Positions 37,801-43,812 of a stretch of DNA of 46,591 bases are shown here, in pieces. The notes beneath the pieces were generated by a model that saw only the letters and a list, made by a program, of their open reading frames with translations, ran no database searches and was not told where the DNA came from. This DNA is from Kiritimatiellia bacterium. GTDB lineage: Bacteria; Verrucomicrobiota; Kiritimatiellia; RFP12; UBA1067. A program made the translations under genes and the position numbers. The first letter of the stretch is position 1. Each line of letters begins with the position of its first letter. The stretch lies in assembly GCA_017459225.1 (NCBI GenBank), contig JAFUDL010000537.1:1-46591 (forward strand). Direction: 5' to 3'.

Positions 37801-37881
37801 GTTTCCACAGAGCTTCTCAACCTCACGGTGAAGGCCCGCAAGGAAGCTGGCGACCAGTTCTTCAAGATCAAGATCCGCTAG
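25858..37881 (+). CDS. Giant (4,007 aa) secreted multidomain protein: PKD/Ig-like modules, at least 16 thrombospondin type-3-like calcium motifs, one LamG domain
   Basis: The likely start is ATG 25858 ([27 protein letters not shown]), preceded by GGAAGGAAG. PKD-like blocks occur near 28360-28430 and 29068-29130. DxDxDG/TSP3 motifs run from 29707 to 33015 and from 34498 to 35090, with others near 35850 and 37298. A LamG block lies at about 33050-33750 (ALWFPG...[12 protein letters not shown]...[13 protein letters not shown]). It ends in a tandem TAGTAG stop. Confidence 0.9.
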   Translation: [4007 protein letters not shown]

Positions 37882-37886
37882 TAGCC

Positions 37887-37942
37887 GCCCAACCGCCGCT
37901 CGCCTAACTACCCAACTACCAAACTACCCAACTACAAAACCA
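37887..37942 (+). repeat. Tandem 8-mer array (CCNAACTA), filling the gap between the giant gene and ackA
   Basis: It reads gcccaacc gccgctcg cctaacta cccaacta ccaaacta cccaacta caaaacca, followed directly by the ackA ATG. The 18-nt string at 37903-37920 is identical to 3188-3205. No Shine-Dalgarno is present. Confidence 0.85.
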
Positions 37943-39160
37943 ATGAAGAAAGCGATTCAGAAGGTCCTCGTAGTAAACTGTGGTTCTTCGTCCCTCAAGT
38001 TCCAGCTCTTCGACATGAAGGGCGAGACCATGCTCTGCAAGGGGCTGGTGGAGCGCATCGGCATAGCCGGGTCGCGGCTCGTCTACACCAAGACGGGCTG
38101 CGACAAGGTCGTACGCGAGGTGGCGATGAAGAACCACGTGGAGGCCATTGCGCAGGTGATGGCGGTGCTGTGCGATCCGCAGTGCGGCGTGGTAAAGAGC
38201 CTTGGCGAGATCGACGCCATCGGCCACCGCGTGGTGCATGGTGGCGACAAGTTCTCCGCTCCCGCGAAGATCACCGCCGCCGCGAAGGCGCTCATTCGCA
38301 AATGCGTGCCGCTTGCGCCTCTCCACAACCCGGCGAACCTTCAGGGCATCGAGGCTTGCGAGAAGGCGGCCAAGGGCGTTCCCAACGTGGGCGTGTTCGA
38401 CACCGCCTTCCACCAGACCATGCCCGGATGCGCCTATCAGTATGCGCTGCCGCGCAAGGTGGCGAAGAAGTTCGGCATCCGCAAGTACGGTTTCCACGGC
38501 ACTTCGCACAAGTTCATCACGCAGGCCGCTGCGGCGTGGCTGAAGAAGCCGCTGAAGAAGGTCAATCTCGTCACATGCCATCTCGGCAACGGATCGTCTC
38601 TTGCCGCAGTGAAGAACGGCGAGTGCATCGACACAACGATGGGCCTCACGCCGCTTGACGGGCTTATCATGGGCACGCGTTCCGGAACGATCGATCCAGG
38701 CGTTCTGCTCTTCCTCGGCAAGCAGGGCTACACCTTCGACCAGCTCGACCGTCTGCTCAACAAGGAGAGCGGCTTCCAGGGCCTCGCCGGCGCACAGGGC
38801 GGCGACTCGCGCGACGTGGTGGCCAAGGCGGAGAAGGGCGACATTGACGCGGTGGAGGCGCTTGAGGCGTTCGGCCACCGCACGGCGAGGTACATCGGCG
38901 GCTACAATACGCTCATTGGCGGAGCCGATGCCATCGTGATGGCGGGCGGCATCGGCGAGAATGCCGCCGAGCTGCGCGCGCAGATCGTGAAGCGCCTTGG
39001 CGCGCTCGGCGTGAAGCTAGACCCCAAGGCCAATCTCAAGGTGCGCTTCGGCGCGTCAGGCGTGATATCCACCAAGGACTCGAAGATCCCCGTGATCGTC
39101 ATCCCCACGAACGAGGAACTGATGATCGCCCGCGAGACCGTTGCCGTGCTGAAGGGATAG
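37943..39160 (+). CDS. ackA: Acetate kinase
   Basis: It has KVLVVNCGSSSLKFQLFD, AIGHRVVHGG, VFDTAFHQTMP, YGFHGTSH and IPTNEELMIA, over the full 405-aa length. Confidence 0.95.
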   Translation: MKKAIQKVLVVNCGSSSLKFQLFDMKGETMLCKGLVERIGIAGSRLVYTKTGCDKVVREVAMKNHVEAIAQVMAVLCDPQCGVVKSLGEIDAIGHRVVHGGDKFSAPAKITAAAKALIRKCVPLAPLHNPANLQGIEACEKAAKGVPNVGVFDTAFHQTMPGCAYQYALPRKVAKKFGIRKYGFHGTSHKFITQAAAAWLKKPLKKVNLVTCHLGNGSSLAAVKNGECIDTTMGLTPLDGLIMGTRSGTIDPGVLLFLGKQGYTFDQLDRLLNKESGFQGLAGAQGGDSRDVVAKAEKGDIDAVEALEAFGHRTARYIGGYNTLIGGADAIVMAGGIGENAAELRAQIVKRLGALGVKLDPKANLKVRFGASGVISTKDSKIPVIVIPTNEELMIARETVAVLKG

Positions 39161-39171
39161 TTCGCCTGGAA

Positions 39172-39215
39172 TGTAGAAACTATAAACAGAAAACTCTAAA
39201 CCAGAAACAAGAAGC
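39172..39215 (+). repeat. Tandem heptamer array NNNAAAC in the ackA-pta gap
   Basis: It reads tgtagaaac tataaac agaaaac tctaaac cagaaac aagaagc, ending 5 nt before the pta ATG. Confidence 0.75.
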
Positions 39216-39220
39216 GTAGA

Positions 39221-40258
39221 ATGAAGGCGATTGAGAAAATCATAGAGAAGGCATCCGCCCTTAAAGGTACGATAGTGTTGCCTGAGGGCATGGACGCCCG
39301 CGTGATAACCGCAGCATGCAGCTGCGTTGATCGCGGCATCTGCACGCCGATCGTGCTTGGCACCCCGCAGGAGATTGCTGAGGCCGAGGCGAAGGCCGGC
39401 CTCTCGCTAGTTGAGCGCAACATCCGCACGATCGACTACACGCAGGGCGACACCGAGCTTGAAGCCGCGTATCTCGAGGCGTGGAACGCCAAGGAGGCGC
39501 GCAAGCCTGCCGAGAAGCAGAAGATCATCGACATTGAGACGGCGCAGAAGACGCTTCGCACGAAGCGCATCTACTTCGGCGGAATGATGGTGCGCCTTGG
39601 GCGCGTGAACGGCCTTGTGGCTGGCTCGATCGCCTCTACTGGAGACATGCTGCGCGCGGCGTTCCACACGCTCGGCACGCAGAAGGGCGTGAAGACGGCG
39701 TCCAGCTGCTTCATCATGGACCTCAAGGAACCAACGGCGAGCGGCGACAGCGTGCTCGCGTTCGGCGACTGCGCCGTGATTCCCAACCCCACTGCGGAGC
39801 AGCTTGTTGACATTGGCCTTGCGAGCGCGCAGACATACCGCGACCTCACCGGCAACGAACCGCGCGTGGCGTTTCTCAGCTTCTCCACGAAGGGCTCCGC
39901 AGCGGGCGATCTCGTCGAGAAGGTGCAGAAGGCCGTGGAGCTGGCGCGTCCGGTCTTCGCGGAGAAGGGCATCAATATGGACGGCGAGATGCAGTTCGAC
40001 GCCGCGATCGTTCCCTCCGTTGGACAGCTCAAGAATCCCAAGGGCGAGATACAGGGCAATGCCAACGTGTTCATCTTCCCGGACCTCCAGGCCGGCAACA
40101 TCGGCTACAAGATTGCGCAGCGCCTTGGCGGCGCGACGGCGATCGGGCCTAATCTGCAGGGCCTTGCGAAGGCCATGAACGACCTTAGCCGCGGATGCAG
40201 CGCAGAGGACATTGTGGGCACGATCTGCGTGACGCTTCTGCAGTCCACTACAAAGTGA
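39221..40258 (+). CDS. pta: Phosphate acetyltransferase (short PTA_PTB form)
   Basis: It reads TIVLPEGMDARVITAA...PIVLG...AFLSFSTKGSA...ANVFIFPDLQAGNIGYKIAQRLGGA. It lies immediately downstream of ackA. Confidence 0.85.
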   Translation: MKAIEKIIEKASALKGTIVLPEGMDARVITAACSCVDRGICTPIVLGTPQEIAEAEAKAGLSLVERNIRTIDYTQGDTELEAAYLEAWNAKEARKPAEKQKIIDIETAQKTLRTKRIYFGGMMVRLGRVNGLVAGSIASTGDMLRAAFHTLGTQKGVKTASSCFIMDLKEPTASGDSVLAFGDCAVIPNPTAEQLVDIGLASAQTYRDLTGNEPRVAFLSFSTKGSAAGDLVEKVQKAVELARPVFAEKGINMDGEMQFDAAIVPSVGQLKNPKGEIQGNANVFIFPDLQAGNIGYKIAQRLGGATAIGPNLQGLAKAMNDLSRGCSAEDIVGTICVTLLQSTTK

Positions 40259-40283
40259 GGCATGGAAACAGGGTTGGCTTGTC

Positions 40284-41282
40284 ATGACGGATGAAAAGAA
40301 GATAGCGCGTGCGCGGCAGGTGTTCGACGCGGAGATCGCGGGGCTTGAGAGGACCCGTGATTCCTTGGGTGCGTCGTTCGTCGCCACCGTGGATCTTCTC
40401 AACGAGACGCTCGACGCGGGCGGGCTTGTGGTGATGACAGGCGTGGGCAAGAGTCTGCAGGTGGCCGAGAAGACGAGCGCGATCTTCGCCTCCACTGGCA
40501 CGCGCTCGATCGTGCTCAATCCAGTGCAGGCGATGCACGGCGACCTTGGAATGGTGAGTTCGCGCGACGTGCTTCTGGCGCTCTCCTTCTCCGGCGAGAG
40601 CGACGAGCTGCTGCGCCTGGTGCCGGCCATTCGGCGCCATGGGCTTAAGATCGTGGCGCTCACGGGAAGGAGCGATTCGTCGCTTGCGCGCCTGAGCGAC
40701 ATCGTGCTCGAGATTCCGTGCGGACCCGAGGCGTGTCCCTTCGGCATGGCGCCCACCACCTCCGCCACCGCCACGATGGCGATGGGCGATGCGCTTGCGA
40801 TGACGATGCTCGAGGCGCGCCGCTTCAACAAGGAGAGCTATGCGCTCAACCATCCCGCCGGCGCGATCGGGCGCGCGCTCGTGCTGCGCGTCTCCGACGT
40901 GATGCGCACCGGCGAGAGAGTGGCCGTGGTCTCGCCCGAGACTCCGGTTCTCGACACGCTTCTCGCGATGACGAAGGCACAGGGCGGCAGCGCTGTGGTG
41001 GCCGATGCCGAGGGAAGGCTCGTGGGCATCTTCACCGACGGCGACTTCCGCCGTGCGTTTGCCGCAGGGAGCGTCGACGGCCAGTCTGCGCTGGGACTTT
41101 CCGATCCCGTCTCGAAGCACATGACGCGCAATCCGCTCTTCGTCAACGCCGATGCATACGCCGCCGAGCTGCTGCGCATCTTCGAAAAGCGCCGCATCGA
41201 CGACCTTCCGGTGTGCGATGTCGACGGAAAAGTTCTTGGGCTTGTCGACATTCAGGATTTGCCCAAACTAAAGGTTTTATGA
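40284..41282 (+). CDS. kpsF: Arabinose-5-phosphate isomerase (SIS domain plus CBS pair), KpsF/GutQ family
   Basis: It has the SIS motif VVMTGVGKSLQVAEKTSAIFASTG, then LALSFSGESDE, then two CBS units at the C-terminus (LRVSDVMRTG..., VSKHMTRNPLFV...). Confidence 0.9.
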   Translation: MTDEKKIARARQVFDAEIAGLERTRDSLGASFVATVDLLNETLDAGGLVVMTGVGKSLQVAEKTSAIFASTGTRSIVLNPVQAMHGDLGMVSSRDVLLALSFSGESDELLRLVPAIRRHGLKIVALTGRSDSSLARLSDIVLEIPCGPEACPFGMAPTTSATATMAMGDALAMTMLEARRFNKESYALNHPAGAIGRALVLRVSDVMRTGERVAVVSPETPVLDTLLAMTKAQGGSAVVADAEGRLVGIFTDGDFRRAFAAGSVDGQSALGLSDPVSKHMTRNPLFVNADAYAAELLRIFEKRRIDDLPVCDVDGKVLGLVDIQDLPKLKVL

Positions 41283-41318
41283 TACAATGTATTCAGTCAA
41301 CCAAAAGAGGAGATAACA

Positions 41319-42038
41319 ATGAAGCTTAAAACAATCGCATTCCTCACGCTCGCAGCCGCGTGCGCGTTTTCAGTCTCGGCTCAGTCGATGCGCCGTCGCG
41401 GTGCAGCTGCTAGCACAGAAACGACCAATGCCCGTGACTCCTACGTTTCGATCGACATCCCCGCCCGCCCGGGTGGCACCTGTCTCGCTAGCGCCCCCAA
41501 CCTCCAGGCTAACGGCAAGCTTCTCCCTCCGCTCGGCGGACGTCCGCGCCAGTGGATTGTGCTTGAGACTAAGTACACTACAATGGCAAAGTGGCAGGAC
41601 GAGCTCACATTCACCTGGCATGTGCTTCTCGACTCCTCGAAGGCCAAGGAGAAGGATCCGCGCAATCCTCCAGCGCCCTATTCCTACTACACCGCGCAGG
41701 TGCGCTACGTCGACATCAAGAAGGGCAGCCACATGGCGAGCGTCTGCCTGCCGCCCAACGTGCTCGAGCGCTTCGGCGAGCCCTGCACCGTCACGCTGAT
41801 CATCACGAACAAGGACGGCGAACAGCTCGCGATGCACACCGAGAACCAGGACAGGAACGCCGCCTCTGCCGCGCAGGGAGCCAACGGCAAGTGGTGGGAG
41901 AACGACAAGTTCATGAGCTGGCAGAGGACGGTGAACGGCGAGCAGAAGAACCAGGTGGAGCGCCGTCAGGGGCTGGTGGATCGTTCAAAGACGCCGTTCT
42001 GGCTCGTCAACAACGCCGACTACGAACTGGTGCAGTAG
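41319..42038 (+). CDS. Secreted hypothetical protein at the head of the pilus-like cluster (position of Amuc_1102-type proteins)
   Basis: It has the signal peptide MKLKTIAFLTLAAACAFSVSAQ and a strong AGGAG ribosome-binding site. I recognise no motif. The assignment rests on synteny only. Confidence 0.6.
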   Translation: MKLKTIAFLTLAAACAFSVSAQSMRRRGAAASTETTNARDSYVSIDIPARPGGTCLASAPNLQANGKLLPPLGGRPRQWIVLETKYTTMAKWQDELTFTWHVLLDSSKAKEKDPRNPPAPYSYYTAQVRYVDIKKGSHMASVCLPPNVLERFGEPCTVTLIITNKDGEQLAMHTENQDRNAASAAQGANGKWWENDKFMSWQRTVNGEQKNQVERRQGLVDRSKTPFWLVNNADYELVQ

Positions 42039-42087
42039 CCAGTGCCTTCTCAAAGCTTTCAAGTACGCACACTTAGAAGACTGAACC

Positions 42088-43812
42088 ATGTCTCGAATCC
42101 TCACATTAAACATCGGCGCCTCGAAGGCGGTTCTTGCCGAGTATTCGCTCGGCGGTAAGGGCCGCCTCACGCTGACGGGCTACGGCAGCGGCGAACTGCC
42201 CGCAGTCGACGTCAACGACATAGGCTCTCTTGGCGCCACTCTGCCGCAGGTGCTTCGCCAGATAATGCGAGAGAAGGACATCCATCCCGCGCCGCTCGTC
42301 GTGTCGCTCGGCGGCCAAATGGTGTTCCCGCGCTTCGCGAAGTGTCCACCCGTAGGTGAGCTCGAGCAGCAGGTTCGCTATGAGATCGAGGAGAACGTGC
42401 CGTTCCCGATCGACGAGATCGTGAGCGACTACCAGTTCCTCGGCAACATGGCCGACGGCGACAAGGCCGTGATGATCGTTGCGGCGAAGGTGGAGGCCGT
42501 TCGCGCGGTGACCGACGCCGTTCGCGCGGCAGGCCTCAAGCCCACCGTTGTCGACGTCTCGCCCGTCGCGATCTGCAACGCGCTCAAGGTGGCGTATCCG
42601 CAGCTCGAAGGCTGCTCTGTTGTGCTTGACGTTGGCTCGAAGACCACGAACCTCATAATCCTCGAGGGCGAGAAGGTCTACAACCGTTCGATTCCGATCG
42701 CCGGCAACACCATCACCAAGGACATCGCACAGCAGTTCGGCTGCTCCTTCGAGGAGGCAGAGCAGGTGAAGCTTGAGCGCGGCTATGTGGCGCTCGGTGG
42801 CGTGACGGAGGATGAGGACGAGGTTACCGACCGCATCTCGAAGATAATCCGCACTGTGCTCACGCGTCTGCACGCGGAGATATCGCGCTCCATCAACTTC
42901 TACCGCTCGCAGCAGGGCGGCAGCGCTCCAACGCGCCTCTTCCTCACGGGCGGCACCGCTCGCCTTCCGCAGCTCGACCAGTTCTTCATGGACGCGCTGC
43001 AGGTCGACGTGCAGTACCTCAATCCGTTCGGGTCCGTGGCGTTCGGCTCAAAGATCAACAAGGCCCAGTTTGAGGATGATGCATTCGCTCTTACGGAAAG
43101 CGTGGGCCTTGCGCTGCGCGGCGGCGACAATGCGTGGATATCGATAAACCTCCTTCCGCCGGAGCTCGTGAACGAAGCGCGCGCGATGAAGCGCATTCCG
43201 TTCCTCGTGGCGGGCGGTGTGGCGTTTCTCGCCGCTCTTGGCGTGGGCTGGATGCTTGAGAGCGGCGGAGTGGAGAAGGCAAAGGCAAAGCTCGAACGCG
43301 TGGAGAGCCGCAACCGGTCGTTGAAGTCGCTCGATACGAAGCTCAAGGCAGAGCAGAAGGCAGAGCAGGAGGTTCGCGGCAAGTGCGACGAGTTCCAGCA
43401 GCTGCTGATGAGCCGTTCGGCGGCGCTGCGCCGTCTGCAGGACGTGCGCCGCAGCCTTCTGGACGGCATGTGGATCACGGAGTGGAAGGCGCTTCCGGCG
43501 GAAAAGGACAAGCCCGAGGCCCGCGAGGCCGTGATGGTGACTGTGCGTGGCTGGCGCGACGCGATGGAGAAGGCCGAGGCCAAGTGGGCTGAGGACAACG
43601 GCGGCAAGGGCTCCACCGTGGCCGAGATTGTCATGTCCAAGATCAAGCGCAGCGCGGAGTTCGTGCCGGAGAGCGTTAAGATCGACAAGCAGAGAAGCGT
43701 GGAGGGATGCCTTACCGAGTTCACGCTGCTAATGCAATTGGCACCGGCCCCCAGCATCGTGCCCGAGAACGAGAAGGAGAAGGGCCGTAAAGGAAAGGGG
43801 ACGAAGAAATGA
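42088..43812 (+). CDS. PilM-like actin-fold ATPase fused to a PilN-like transmembrane/coiled-coil module
   Basis: The N-terminal 350 aa or so look like PilM/FtsA (ILTLNIGASKAVLAEY, VVDVSPVAICNA, VLDVGSKTTNLIIL, LFLTGGTARLPQL). A transmembrane segment (IPFLVAGGVAFLAALGVGWML) and a coiled coil follow. Confidence 0.75.
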   Translation: MSRILTLNIGASKAVLAEYSLGGKGRLTLTGYGSGELPAVDVNDIGSLGATLPQVLRQIMREKDIHPAPLVVSLGGQMVFPRFAKCPPVGELEQQVRYEIEENVPFPIDEIVSDYQFLGNMADGDKAVMIVAAKVEAVRAVTDAVRAAGLKPTVVDVSPVAICNALKVAYPQLEGCSVVLDVGSKTTNLIILEGEKVYNRSIPIAGNTITKDIAQQFGCSFEEAEQVKLERGYVALGGVTEDEDEVTDRISKIIRTVLTRLHAEISRSINFYRSQQGGSAPTRLFLTGGTARLPQLDQFFMDALQVDVQYLNPFGSVAFGSKINKAQFEDDAFALTESVGLALRGGDNAWISINLLPPELVNEARAMKRIPFLVAGGVAFLAALGVGWMLESGGVEKAKAKLERVESRNRSLKSLDTKLKAEQKAEQEVRGKCDEFQQLLMSRSAALRRLQDVRRSLLDGMWITEWKALPAEKDKPEAREAVMVTVRGWRDAMEKAEAKWAEDNGGKGSTVAEIVMSKIKRSAEFVPESVKIDKQRSVEGCLTEFTLLMQLAPAPSIVPENEKEKGRKGKGTKK

